A DNA stretch of 64,000 nt from an uncultured Collinsella sp. (GTDB lineage: Bacteria; Actinomycetota; Coriobacteriia; Coriobacteriales; Coriobacteriaceae): positions 9,375 through 73,374 of the forward strand of contig CAAERJ010000009.1 in NCBI GenBank assembly GCA_900758375.1. The letters are read 5' to 3'. The notes under the pieces were generated by a model that saw nothing but the letters and a program-made list of their open reading frames with translations, was not told the DNA's origin and made no database searches. Positions 1-9,847 of this stretch are shown piece by piece. The position numbers and the translations under genes were made by a program. Numbering within the stretch: the first letter of the stretch is position 1; each line of letters begins with the position of its first letter.

Positions 1-4
1 TGCG

Positions 5-1453
5 CTACTGCGCGTCCGCCATAGTGTCGGCGAGCTCCTTGTACCAGAGTGCCGACTGCTTGATGTAGCGTTTTTGCGTGTCGAAGTCGATGTAGAACAG
101 GCCGTAGCGCTTGTTATAGCCGTTGGCCCACGAGAACTGGTCCTGCAGGCTCCAGATAAAGTAGCCCTGGACGTCGACGCCCTCGGCGCGCGCCCGGAGC
201 ACCTTCTCCATGTGCTGGTCGACAAAGTCGATGCGCTCGGGATCGGCGACGATGCCGTTTGCGTCGGGCTCGGGGTCCTTGTGGCCCAGGCCGTTTTCGG
301 TGATATAGATGACGGGGAGGTTGGGATAGGTGGCGCTGATGTGCTTGAGCGTGTCGTAGAGGCCTTGCGGGTAGATGAGCCAATCCCAGTCGGTGGTGGG
401 GATACCCGGCATATCGACCTGCTGCCCGACGCCCTTAAACTTAAAGCACGAGGTGCCCTTGTCTCCGGTGCCGTTAAAGCTGTTGGTGGACTCGCCATCG
501 TAGGCGGCGATAAACGCCGACTGATAGTAGTTGAGGCCGAACATATCGTTGCGGGGCGCCGCCTTGGCGAGCTCCTCCATGTCGCTGTCCTCAACCGTAA
601 GCGTGGCGTTGTTGGCACGCAGAATCTCGTTGATGAGTGAGAGGGTGCGCGCGGAGTAGTGACCCAGGAAGGCGCCGTCCATGATGAAGTCGGTGTAGAA
701 GGCGTTGTACAGGTCGGCGGCGTGCTGGTCGGCGGGCGAGTCTGTGGCAGGATATGCCGGCGTCAGGACGTTGACCATGCCAATGCGTCCGCCCAGGTGC
801 TCGGTCTCGTCAAGATCCTTATACAGGTTGACGGCGCGGGCGTGGGCAACGAGCTCGTTGTGCTGGCTCTGGATGCCGCTCGTCACATCAAAGTGATGGT
901 TGGGCGGGAAGTTGCCTTGGATGTATTGGGAGTGCGAGAGGCTGATGAGCTCGTTGATGGTGAACCAATTCTTGACCTCGCGGAACTCGCGGAAGCAGAA
1001 CTCGGCATAGCGCACATAGGCGTCGACGGTCTTGCGGTTGAGCCAGTCGCCCTGGTTGAACAGGGCGGCGGGGGAGTCAAAGTGATGCAGGGACACATAG
1101 GGCTCGACGCCATACTTTTTGCAGCAGGCGAACAGCTCGTGGTAGTGCTTAACGCCCTCGGCGAGGGGCTCGGCATCGTCGCCGTTGGGGAAGATGCGGG
1201 TCCAGGCGATGGACACACGGATGGCGTTGAGTCCATGCTCGGCAGAAAGGCGGATATCCTCCTCGTAGCGGTTGTAGAAATCACTGGCCGGGTCGGGCAA
1301 AAAGCGACCCTGGGCGACAAGGTAATCGTCCCACATGGTCTTACCCTTGCCTGCCACCTTCGTGGAACCTTCCGTTTGGTACGCGGCGGTTGCGGCGCCC
1401 CAAACAAAGCCCTTCGGCAGCTGCTGTACGCGGTTTAGCAAAGACATATGCAT
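5..1453 (-). CDS. lacG: 6-phospho-beta-galactosidase (GH1), paralog 1
   Basis: GH1 motifs WGAATAAYQTEG, TINE (acid/base) and ITENG (nucleophile); WSLQDQFSWANGYNKRYG phosphate-binding region typical of LacG. Start may be ATG 1453 or 1447. Confidence 0.88.
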   Translation of the reverse strand: MHMSLLNRVQQLPKGFVWGAATAAYQTEGSTKVAGKGKTMWDDYLVAQGRFLPDPASDFYNRYEEDIRLSAEHGLNAIRVSIAWTRIFPNGDDAEPLAEGVKHYHELFACCKKYGVEPYVSLHHFDSPAALFNQGDWLNRKTVDAYVRYAEFCFREFREVKNWFTINELISLSHSQYIQGNFPPNHHFDVTSGIQSQHNELVAHARAVNLYKDLDETEHLGGRIGMVNVLTPAYPATDSPADQHAADLYNAFYTDFIMDGAFLGHYSARTLSLINEILRANNATLTVEDSDMEELAKAAPRNDMFGLNYYQSAFIAAYDGESTNSFNGTGDKGTSCFKFKGVGQQVDMPGIPTTDWDWLIYPQGLYDTLKHISATYPNLPVIYITENGLGHKDPEPDANGIVADPERIDFVDQHMEKVLRARAEGVDVQGYFIWSLQDQFSWANGYNKRYGLFYIDFDTQKRYIKQSALWYKELADTMADAQ

Positions 1454-1567
1454 ACACCCTCTCGTCTCGCTGTTCGATATTGTGCGTTTGCGCTCAGGAG
1501 GCTCCTTGGTTAGCGTTCAGCGGTGAAAAAGCCCGATAAACACTATCTTAAAATGATTAGAACCAAA

Positions 1568-1737
1568 ATGAGCACGTGAACATTTGACAATGAGCACGTT
1601 AACATCCGGCTGGGATGTATAGAAACAAAACAACTTCAAACAGCCGCGAACGGTTGTATTTGTTCGGTAAGCGGTTTTGATTGACAGAAGTTTTCATGTT
1701 GTGGTATATGGCTCGGGTATCATGAGCACGTTATCGA
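1568..1737. promoter_or_regulatory. Three LacI-type operators, consensus ATGAGCACGTTAACAT (1568-1583, 1590-1605, 1722-1737)
   Basis: Repeated 16-bp CG-centred pseudo-palindrome in the divergent lacG/lacI intergenic region. Confidence 0.7.
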
Positions 1738-1797
1738 TGTATGTACGATGCGCCATGGGCGCGGGGAATAGTTGGGAAGCAGGTTAGCGTGGAAGGC

Positions 1798-2826
1798 ATG
1801 GCTCAGCAGACAAGGAATGGTCATTCGGCGAGCGCGGCAGAGGTTGCGGCGCTCGCTGGCGTGAGCCGCCAGACTGTGTCTCGCGTGGTCAACGGTATGC
1901 CCAACGTGACGGAAAAGACGCGCAAGCGTGTGCTGGCCGCCATGGAAGAGCTGGGCTTTCGTCCCAATTTTGCTGGAGCGGCGTTGCGCGGCGGGTCGTA
2001 TCGTTCTATTGGCCTGTGCATGTACAACATCACACGTGTCGGTAACCTGGCGACGCTCGAGGGTATCATGCAAGCGGCGCGCGAGCACGATTTTGCCGTC
2101 ACTATGATCGAGATGGGCGGCGACAAGCCCTATACACTTGCCGATGCCTCGCGCCGCATGGTCGAGCGACCCGTCGACGGCATGATTCTCAACATGAACC
2201 GCATGGCTCCCGATTTTGAGGAGTTTGTTCCCCAGCCGGGAGTGCGAACGGTCATCCTGTCCATGTATGCGCATCCGCGCTGCACGACGATCGACTCCGA
2301 CCAGTATGGTTCGTGCGAGCTGTTGACCAATTATCTGCTGGAACATGGTCACTCGAATATGCGGTTTGTGGCGGGTCCGGAAAACTCGATTTCCTCGCGT
2401 TTTCGTGAGGCCGGTTGGCGCGATACGCTGGGTCGTGCTCATGTCGATGCCGCTCCGATGCTGCGTGGCGATTGGAGTGCGGACAGTGGGTACGCCATGG
2501 GCGAGCGGATTGCGGCCGAGGTGCTTGCCGGCGGGTCGCAGGCGCCGACTGCCGTGCTTGCGGCAAATGACCAGATGGCGCTGGGCGTTATCGCCGCGCT
2601 CGAGAACGCGGGCCTGTCCGTGCCCGACGACGTGAGCGTGGTTGGTATCGACGACGCACTCGAGGGACTTGTTCCTCACAATCGACTGACGACGCTGCGA
2701 TTTGATTTGCGCGGTGTCGGTAAGCTTGCGTTTGAGGCGGCGATTGGAGAGAGCTCGTCTATCGAGGCGATTCATGTGCCGAGTACGCTGGTCGAACGCT
2801 CGACTGTTAGGGACATACGGGGTTAG
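1798..2826 (+). CDS. LacI family transcriptional regulator
   Basis: N-terminal HTH EVAALAGVSRQTVSRVVN, hinge ELGFRPN, C-terminal sugar-binding domain (VPDDVSVVGIDD). Start moved to ATG 1798 after GGAAGG. Confidence 0.9.
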   Translation: MAQQTRNGHSASAAEVAALAGVSRQTVSRVVNGMPNVTEKTRKRVLAAMEELGFRPNFAGAALRGGSYRSIGLCMYNITRVGNLATLEGIMQAAREHDFAVTMIEMGGDKPYTLADASRRMVERPVDGMILNMNRMAPDFEEFVPQPGVRTVILSMYAHPRCTTIDSDQYGSCELLTNYLLEHGHSNMRFVAGPENSISSRFREAGWRDTLGRAHVDAAPMLRGDWSADSGYAMGERIAAEVLAGGSQAPTAVLAANDQMALGVIAALENAGLSVPDDVSVVGIDDALEGLVPHNRLTTLRFDLRGVGKLAFEAAIGESSSIEAIHVPSTLVERSTVRDIRG

Positions 2827-2834
2827 GTCCTACT

Positions 2835-2984
2835 CCGTTTGTCTCGATTTGTAACAGGTAGACGGTCAAAAGCGGGCTACGTGTTACAGATTTAGATTCT
2901 TCGGAAAGAGCAATCCTGTTCGTCTCAATCTGTAACAGCTAGGACCAAAAAACTCGGCTAGATGTTACAGATCGAGACAAACGG
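2835..2984. repeat. Four ~21-bp units in alternating orientation (GTTTGTCTCGATYTGTAACA-like)
   Basis: CCGTTTGTCTCGATTTGTAACA at 2835 and its near-perfect inverse TGTTACAGATCGAGACAAACGG ending at 2984; degenerate internal copies near 2882 and 2918. Confidence 0.75.
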
Positions 2985-3093
2985 CTCCCGACCAGCCCAA
3001 AAACAAAAAGACCGGGGGCGGCGCGCCGTGTGACGTGCCGCCCCCGGCTGAGAAATGGGGACAGGTTGTGTGAGCGGGCAACCCCGCCAGCCA

Positions 3094-4533
3094 CTAGTCC
3101 AGACGACGGGTCTGCGCCACGTGCTTGTACCAGTAGGCGCTTGCCTTGGGCGTGCGCTTCTGGGTTTCAAAGTCAACGTAAAAGAAGCCGTAACGCTTGT
3201 TGTAGCCATTGGTCCAGGAGAACTGATCCTGCAGGCTCCACAGGAAGTAGCCGCCCACGTTGACGCCCACCTCCATGGCCTTGAGCAGCCAACGCAGGTG
3301 CTGCTCGATGTAGTCGATGCGCGGCTGGTCGTCCACAAAACCGTTCTTGTAGGGGTCCTTGTAGCCCATGCCGTTCTCGGTGATGAAGATCTGCTTGTAG
3401 TTGGGGTAGCGCTGCTTAATGTAGACGAGCAGATCGAACAGACCCTCGGGATAGATGATCCAGTCCCAGTCGGTGGTGGGGATGCCGGGCTTGTTCACAT
3501 GCTCGCCAATGCCCTTGACGCGCCAGCGACCGGTGCCCTTCTCGCCCGTACCGTTGTGGTGCAGGTCGTTCTCGCCATCGTAAGCCTTCAAAAAACGGCA
3601 CTGATAGTTGTTAACGCCCAGGTAGTCGTTGTAGAGCGCTGCCTCGCGCATAATCTCGAGGTCCTCGTCCAAGATCTCGATGGTGCCGCCCGAGACGGCA
3701 GCCAGGCGGTTGGCGCACTCGAGGGTGTCGGGGGCATACTCGCCGCGGAACGTCGCGTCGAGCAAAAACTGGTTTTGCAGCACGTGCTCGTTGTTGGCGG
3801 CTTTGATGTCGGCGGGGTCGTTCTCGTTGAGCGGGTACTTAAACTCCAGCGACTGGATGACGCCGATTTTGCCCTTAAAGCCGCCGTTGTGGAAGGCCAG
3901 CACGGCCTTGGCGTGGGCGAGCATCATGTTGTGCTCGCACTGGAAGGCCTCGGCCAGATGCGCCTTGACGCCACCGGGGAAGGTGCCCTCGATGTAGGTG
4001 TTGGAGGCGTCGGCCCAGATCTCGTTAAAGGTGAACCAGTAGGTCACCTGGTCGGCGTACTCCTTAAAGCAGAAGGTGGCAAAGTCCACAAAGGCGTCGA
4101 TGGTCTCGCGGTTGAGGAAGTCGCCCTTCTCAAAGAGGGGAAGCGGCGTGTCAAAGTGATGCAGCGTGACGAACGGCTCAACGTGGTGCTTGTGGCACTC
4201 GGCGAAGAGATCGTGGTAGAACTGGACGCCCTCGGGGTTGATTTCGCCGGTGCCGTTGGGGAAGATGCGGCTCCAGGCGATGGAGAGGCGAATGCCGTTG
4301 ATGCCGAACTCCTCGCACAGCTCCAGGTCGACGGGGTACTGGTTGTAGAAGTCCGAAGCGGGGTCGGGGGAGAAGCGCCCCTGGGCCTCCAGAAAGTCGT
4401 CCCAGGCAACCTTGCCCTTACCGTGAGTGCGGGTCTCGCCCTCTACCTGGTAGGCAGCGGTGGCGCCGCCAAAGACAAAGTCCTCGGGAAACTGCGCGGG
4501 CGGGTTGGTGACGCTAGCAGGATTAACGGACAT
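3094..4533 (-). CDS. lacG: 6-phospho-beta-galactosidase (GH1), paralog 2
   Basis: FGGATAAYQVEG, TFNE, ITENG and WSLQDQFSWTNGYNKRYG motifs; directly downstream of the lactose PTS IICB. Confidence 0.92.
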   Translation of the reverse strand: MSVNPASVTNPPAQFPEDFVFGGATAAYQVEGETRTHGKGKVAWDDFLEAQGRFSPDPASDFYNQYPVDLELCEEFGINGIRLSIAWSRIFPNGTGEINPEGVQFYHDLFAECHKHHVEPFVTLHHFDTPLPLFEKGDFLNRETIDAFVDFATFCFKEYADQVTYWFTFNEIWADASNTYIEGTFPGGVKAHLAEAFQCEHNMMLAHAKAVLAFHNGGFKGKIGVIQSLEFKYPLNENDPADIKAANNEHVLQNQFLLDATFRGEYAPDTLECANRLAAVSGGTIEILDEDLEIMREAALYNDYLGVNNYQCRFLKAYDGENDLHHNGTGEKGTGRWRVKGIGEHVNKPGIPTTDWDWIIYPEGLFDLLVYIKQRYPNYKQIFITENGMGYKDPYKNGFVDDQPRIDYIEQHLRWLLKAMEVGVNVGGYFLWSLQDQFSWTNGYNKRYGFFYVDFETQKRTPKASAYWYKHVAQTRRLD

Positions 4534-4599
4534 GATGATCCAATCGTCTAAATCGAAGGGCCAGCCGGCTGCTGATGGTCGGCTGGCCCTGGGCGTTAC

Positions 4600-6375
4600 T
4601 TACTTCGAAAGTTGCTCACTCACGAAGGCGAGAGACTTGTCGCCGTTCTGGGAGAGCTCGATGTACTGCTTGCCACGGCAGGCGACGCACTTGTTGCCCA
4701 CGCGCTCACAGTCCTTCTGCAGGTCGGCCAGGTAGCTTGCGGCCTGCGGGGCCAGGACGACCAGGTCAAAGTCGGGGAGCATGTCCACGTGGTTGCCATA
4801 GGCCTCGGCAGCGGTCTCGAGGTTAATGCCGCGCTCCTTGGCGGCCTTGGCCAGCGCGTTGGCGAGCAGGCCCGAGGTTCCGCCACCCTGGCAGAGCACG
4901 AGCACGCGCTTGCCGTTGAGGTCGCTGGCGGTCGTTGTCTCGGCAGCGGGTGCTGCGGAAGCGGCGGGGGCGTCAGCCTTCACGGCCTCGGCAGCAGCGC
5001 CGGCGGCAACGCTCTTGGCGTCAGCCTTGCCCTGGAAGGCATCGTTGAGCTTGGCGGCCTTCTCGGCGTTCTTGGCGGCGAGCTCCTCCTGGGAGATCTC
5101 GGCCTCCTCGGCGCACTTCTGGGCGTCATAGGCACGGAAGAACGGGTAGTACAGAACGAAGTCGACGACCAGGATAAGGGCGAGCATCACAAAAGCGAGC
5201 GGCTGGAAGCCCAGGCCCATGATGGTGCCGATGGGGCCGGGGACGGTCCAAGGCAGGGTGTACATAAAGCCGTTCATGCCCAAGAAGTCGATAAAGATCT
5301 TGAGGATCCAGATGTTGGCGATCGGGGCAAAGACAAACGGGACAAAGAAGACGGGGTTGAGCACGATGGGCGCGGCGAACAGCAGCGGCTCGTTGACGGC
5401 AAAGCAGACGGGGACGATGGCGGCCTTACCGACGGCGCGCATCTCCTGAGACTTGGCCAGGAAGCAGAACATAAAGACCAGGACGAGCGTGGCGCCGGTG
5501 CCGCCCATGCAGACGACGAAGTACTGGGCACCCTGGGTCAGGACAGCGGAAGCGTGCTGGCCGGCCTGGAACGCAGCCAGGTTGTCGGTCATGTTGGCAA
5601 CGAGGGCGGCGGCGATGGCGGGCTCGACGATCGAGGGGCCGTGGACGCCGACGAACCAGAACAGGCTCATAGCGCCGTAGATCACAGCGAGGCCGATGTA
5701 GCCGTCGGCAGCGGTGAACAGGGGCTGGAACACTTGGATGACGCCCTGGGCAAAGCAGAAGCCAAAAGCAGCGCGGAAGGCGATGTCAAAGACCCAAAAG
5801 ACGGTGATGCAGACGGAGAAGGGGATGATGTCCTTAAAGGTCTGCGAGATGTTGGGCGGAACCTGCTCGGGCATCTTGACGGTGATGTTGCGCTTAATGA
5901 AGAACTTGTAGATGATGCCGGTCACAAACGCAGCGATAAAGGCGGTCAGCAGGCCTTTGGAACCAAGGTAGGTGGTGTTGAAGCCGCTGGCAGCGTCCGT
6001 GGCGATCGTGTCGCTCGAAAGGAGCAAGAAGCCGATGATGGCCGCGCACATGCACGAGATGAAGTTAATCTGGTTGTTCTTGGGCAGATCGCGGTTCTGA
6101 GCGTCGGCGAAGTGCTTGGCCGTGGTGGCGGCACAGGCGATGGCCAGGATGCCCATGGAGTAGTTGTAGCACTTCCATAGGGCGTTGTTGGTGTCATCGG
6201 GCCAGTAGAAACCCCAGATATTGGGAACCGAGGCTACCAGGCAGAAGATGGACGAGAAGATGATGATGGGGATGACGGAGATAAAACCGTCGCGGATCGC
6301 CTTGAGGTACTTGTTGCGGGCGATCGCGTTGAAAAAGGGCTGGCCCTTTTCGATAGTGGCGATGAGTTGCTCCAT
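4600..6375 (-). CDS. lacE: PTS lactose-specific IICB component
   Basis: Lac-family IIC (AIRDGF, FWFVGVHG, MGGTGATL, FAVNEPLLF), Ala-rich linker, IIB with VLVLCQGGGTS phosphorylation motif; RBS AGGAG. Confidence 0.92.
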   Translation of the reverse strand: MEQLIATIEKGQPFFNAIARNKYLKAIRDGFISVIPIIIFSSIFCLVASVPNIWGFYWPDDTNNALWKCYNYSMGILAIACAATTAKHFADAQNRDLPKNNQINFISCMCAAIIGFLLLSSDTIATDAASGFNTTYLGSKGLLTAFIAAFVTGIIYKFFIKRNITVKMPEQVPPNISQTFKDIIPFSVCITVFWVFDIAFRAAFGFCFAQGVIQVFQPLFTAADGYIGLAVIYGAMSLFWFVGVHGPSIVEPAIAAALVANMTDNLAAFQAGQHASAVLTQGAQYFVVCMGGTGATLVLVFMFCFLAKSQEMRAVGKAAIVPVCFAVNEPLLFAAPIVLNPVFFVPFVFAPIANIWILKIFIDFLGMNGFMYTLPWTVPGPIGTIMGLGFQPLAFVMLALILVVDFVLYYPFFRAYDAQKCAEEAEISQEELAAKNAEKAAKLNDAFQGKADAKSVAAGAAAEAVKADAPAASAAPAAETTTASDLNGKRVLVLCQGGGTSGLLANALAKAAKERGINLETAAEAYGNHVDMLPDFDLVVLAPQAASYLADLQKDCERVGNKCVACRGKQYIELSQNGDKSLAFVSEQLSK

Positions 6376-6437
6376 GCAATGCTCCTAAGAGTCGGTGGGT
6401 TAGCAACGATGGTAGCTTTTGGCGTTCGGTTGCCAAA

Positions 6438-6718
6438 ATGTTGACGTTGCCATTTTGCGACACAAAAAAAGACGCGAACCGGTGGTTCCTGTGCCTGCGA
6501 ACCGTCGATTCCTTTTGCGTAAACGTTTGAGCCGCCCGGTGGCTCTGTGTTTGCATAATGGCAACGTTAACATTTGGGCGACAAAAGCCGTTCGGGGAAG
6601 CAAAAATGTCGGTGAACGGTAGGTTTTGGGTGGTGAGCGTATGGTGGGGGAGGCGTTAGATATACTTGAAGGCGTTAAAAATGACTGCGTAGGGTGCCAC
6701 CAATGGCATCGTTGACAT
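6438..6718. promoter_or_regulatory. Three LacI-type operators, consensus ATGGCAACGTTAACAT (6438-6453 reverse, 6558-6573, 6703-6718)
   Basis: ATGTTGACGTTGCCAT, ATGGCAACGTTAACAT and ATGGCATCGTTGACAT in the divergent lacE/lacI intergenic region. Confidence 0.72.
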
Positions 6719-6732
6719 AGAAAGATCGACCT

Positions 6733-7737
6733 ATGGCCGCTGTTAAAAAATCGGTATCCGTTAAGGACGTGGCGCGTCTCGCGGGCGTCTCGGAGCAGAC
6801 AGTCTCGCGTACGGTGCACGATTCGCCCAGTGTGCGCCCCGAGACCAAGGAACGCGTGCGTGCCGCCATGCGCGAGCTGGGGTATCGCCCCAATTTTGCC
6901 GGTCGATCGCTGCGCCGTGGCAAGTTTAAGACCGTTGGCGTCGCCATGTTCAACATTACCGGTACCGGCAACCTCGACCGTATGGAGGGCTTTGCCGCCG
7001 CGGCCGACAAACATGGCTATGCCATCACCCTCACTAAAGTAGACGGGCATCCGTATACCCTCGAGAGCGCATCGTCACGCATGAGCGCGCTGCCGGTAGA
7101 CGGTATGGTCGTGATCATGAACCGCATGCCGGCAGACTTTGGCACTTTTGAGCCGCTGCCCGGTATGCAGACGGTGCTCGTTACCATGCTGGAGCACCCG
7201 CTCTGTTCAACGGTCGATAACGACCAGTTCGATTGCTCGCGTCAAGTTGTCGAGTACTTGCTGGGGCGGGGGCACAAGACTGTGCACTTTATCTCATGCC
7301 CCGAGCGCTCGCTTTCGGGCATGCGGCGCGAGGAAGGCTGGCGCGAGACATTGCGCGCGCATGGCATTGAGCCCCCGCAGCTCGTGCGCGGCGACTGGAC
7401 GGCGCAGAGTGGATATGCTGCCGGCCAGGTGCTTGCGGATGATCCGACCTGCACGGCCATTTATGCCTCCAACGACGCCATGGCCTACGGCTGCATCCGT
7501 GGGCTCGAGTCGCGCGGGAAGTGCGTGCCCCAGGACGTGAGCGTGGTGGGTGTTGACGATAGCCTGGGTGATATCGTGCCCGATTGTCGCCTGACCACGG
7601 TGCGCTTTGACAACAAGCGCGTCGGCATGTGGGCGGTCGACAAGATTGCCGGCACCGAGGGCGTTGAACCCGGTGTGGAGCACATGCTGTTTCCGGGCGT
7701 GCTCGTCGAGGGCGATACCGTGCGCGACGTACGCTAG
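6733..7737 (+). CDS. LacI family transcriptional regulator
   Basis: HTH VKDVARLAGVSEQTVSRT, ELGYRPN, VPQDVSVVGVDD. Confidence 0.92.
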   Translation: MAAVKKSVSVKDVARLAGVSEQTVSRTVHDSPSVRPETKERVRAAMRELGYRPNFAGRSLRRGKFKTVGVAMFNITGTGNLDRMEGFAAAADKHGYAITLTKVDGHPYTLESASSRMSALPVDGMVVIMNRMPADFGTFEPLPGMQTVLVTMLEHPLCSTVDNDQFDCSRQVVEYLLGRGHKTVHFISCPERSLSGMRREEGWRETLRAHGIEPPQLVRGDWTAQSGYAAGQVLADDPTCTAIYASNDAMAYGCIRGLESRGKCVPQDVSVVGVDDSLGDIVPDCRLTTVRFDNKRVGMWAVDKIAGTEGVEPGVEHMLFPGVLVEGDTVRDVR

Positions 7738-7951
7738 GGTGTGGACCTGTTTGGGTTGCCGCTAATTGTGTTCGATATTGTTCAGATTGGTTCAAAAACC
7801 GTTCACGGGCGAAAAGTGACCGTTCATAGCTCGAAATTACGTTTTGCACTGTTCTTTTTTGTTTGAATGTTATTGTTTCTGTCATACACAACGCAGCGCG
7901 TATGCCCGGACGCGATGCTCTCCATTGGTTCATATGTGAAAGGAACGCAAT

Positions 7952-8290
7952 ATGGCAACCAAAGAAGAAATCTCGATGGTTGGATTCGAGATTGTCGCAT
8001 ATGCAGGTGACGCCCAGACCGATCTGCTTGCAGCGCTCGATGCTGCTCGCGAGGGTGACTTTGAGAAGGCCGAGCAGCTGCACAAGGATGCCAGCGATGC
8101 ACTCATCGGTGCCCACGACACGCAGACCAAGCTGCTTTCGCAGGAGGCCGGCGGTGGCGAGATGGAGATGACCTTCATCATGGCCCATGCTCAGGATACC
8201 CTCATGACTACCATGATTCTGGAGAAGCAGGCCCGCTTTACCATCGATGCCTACAAGCGCATCGCCGAGCTCGAGGCCAAGCTCGCCTAA
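7952..8290 (+). CDS. lacF: PTS lactose-specific IIA component
   Basis: GFEIVAYAGDA...AHDTQT...MAHAQDTLMTT, Lac/Cel IIA signature; RBS GAAAGGA. Confidence 0.92.
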   Translation: MATKEEISMVGFEIVAYAGDAQTDLLAALDAAREGDFEKAEQLHKDASDALIGAHDTQTKLLSQEAGGGEMEMTFIMAHAQDTLMTTMILEKQARFTIDAYKRIAELEAKLA

Positions 8291-8321
8291 CGAGCCCTCA
8301 CAACCAAGCCCCCTTCCAAAA

Positions 8322-8352
8322 GCTCTGCCGCTACCCGCGGCAGGGCTTTTTC
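8322..8352 (+). terminator. Rho-independent terminator after lacF
   Basis: GCTCTGCCGC-TACCC-GCGGCAGGGC-like stem followed by a T run. Confidence 0.6.
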
Positions 8353-8381
8353 TGTCCTCCTCCCCGCAACTCATCCCGAGA

Positions 8382-8426
8382 TAGTCATTGGGGACGTTCT
8401 TAAACGACTAGTCATTGGGGACAGTC
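8382..8426. repeat. REP-like hairpin TAGTCATTGGGGACGTTCTTAAACGACTA plus partial tandem copy
   Basis: The same unit recurs at 13040-13095 and 43677-43705. Confidence 0.75.
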
Positions 8427-8515
8427 TTGGTGCGCTCCGTTCGTCCTCCCGTTCGATTTTTGCTCGGTGGGTATACTTTCTTTCGCATTAAACGCCGGAC
8501 TGAGGAGGTATCCAA

Positions 8516-9538
8516 ATGCCGGATAACGGGTCAATACAAAAAAGAGACGCGCACGAGATGGCTCATGGGCGTCCTGTCCAGATAACCGAGCACACGACGG
8601 TAACAGAGCTGCAGCCCAGCCTGTCCGATGTCGTGTGCGCAAACAAAAAGCTGCAGATTGGCTTTATCGTTGCGCTCGTGGTCCTGGCGCTGCTGTCGGG
8701 CTTTATAGCTCGTCCGCATTTCGCCGATACCAAAACTTGGGACTCCACCATCGAGGTCATCGATCAAAAGAAAGGTAACGTACTGGCGCTCACGACCTCG
8801 TGCGTTGCTCTATCTGCGGGCATTACCGCGCTGCCGGGTGATACGGGAACGCCGGTCGCCGAGCAGCTCGCGCAGCTTTCAGGCAACCTTGGTATCGTGC
8901 TTGCCGTGCTATATCTAGAGAAATATTTGCTCACGATTTTGTGGTCGGTTGGCCTGGGCATCTTAATCCCGTTTGCGTTGGTGCTCTTTGCGGTGTCGCT
9001 CGGCATTCACGGGCGCTGGAGCACGAGCGCTGTCCTGCGCCGTGTGGCGACGCGCGTGCTGGTGGTTGCCGTGATCGGCATGGCGCTCGTGCCCGCGAGC
9101 GTATGGGTGTCGCAGAAGGTCGATGAAACGTATCGCGTAAGTATTGAGCAAGCTGAGCAAAAGGCTGCGGATGCGGCCGACACCACGGACAAGTCAGCCG
9201 AGACCAGCTCAAAATCGAACAAGAAAAAATCCGAGGCCACGGAGTCCAAAAACGTGCTCGAGCAGTTGACTGATGGGGCCTCGAGCCTTGTTACGTCGGT
9301 GACCAGCGGCGCCAAGCAGATGACCGATGAGATCGTGCGGCAGGTGACCGATCTGATTGAAGGCGTCATCGTGATGATCGTGACTTCGTGCGTTATCCCG
9401 CTGCTGGTGCTCGTGGCGTTTCTGTGGCTGGGCCATACCCTGCTGGGGATCGATATTTCCGGCCCGGCGAACTATTTGACGGGCCGCTTTCTGAGCGCTC
9501 CTTCCAAGCACGCCAAAAAGGGCGGACAGTCCGAGTAA
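8516..9538 (+). CDS. Hypothetical multi-pass membrane protein
   Basis: 340 aa ORF with RBS GAGGAGG, about 5-6 hydrophobic segments and a Ser/Lys/Glu-rich soluble loop; family not recognised. Confidence 0.75.
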   Translation: MPDNGSIQKRDAHEMAHGRPVQITEHTTVTELQPSLSDVVCANKKLQIGFIVALVVLALLSGFIARPHFADTKTWDSTIEVIDQKKGNVLALTTSCVALSAGITALPGDTGTPVAEQLAQLSGNLGIVLAVLYLEKYLLTILWSVGLGILIPFALVLFAVSLGIHGRWSTSAVLRRVATRVLVVAVIGMALVPASVWVSQKVDETYRVSIEQAEQKAADAADTTDKSAETSSKSNKKKSEATESKNVLEQLTDGASSLVTSVTSGAKQMTDEIVRQVTDLIEGVIVMIVTSCVIPLLVLVAFLWLGHTLLGIDISGPANYLTGRFLSAPSKHAKKGGQSE

Positions 9539-9572
9539 CTAAAACAGCTGTATATACCGGGGAATACCGCCG

Positions 9573-9608
9573 AAGGGCGGCCGAGATGCGTTCTCGGCCG
9601 CCCTTTTT
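9573..9608 (+). terminator. Rho-independent terminator
   Basis: AAGGGCGGCCGAGA-TGCGT-TCTCGGCCGCCCTT followed by T run. Confidence 0.75.
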
Positions 9609-9847
9609 GTTTGTTGAATACGTGACAAGCCGGGCATTCCCTGAATCCAAACGGTCAGCAATCATCCGTAAACGGTATTTGTTCAAAAAAGAACAAAGAT
9701 AAACAAATAGTTGTTGCAGTTACTGTTCGAATGTGTTCAAATAAACATGAACAGTGAAGAACCGCACATTCAGATGCCCGGACCTGAACGCGATTCAACA
9801 CTTCCAAACAGAAACTACGCACCTGCGTATCTCTCAAGGAGGATGTC

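Noticed and set aside
2835..2984. Possible mini-CRISPR array
   Set aside because: Units alternate in orientation, are degenerate and only four in number, and no cas genes are in the window.
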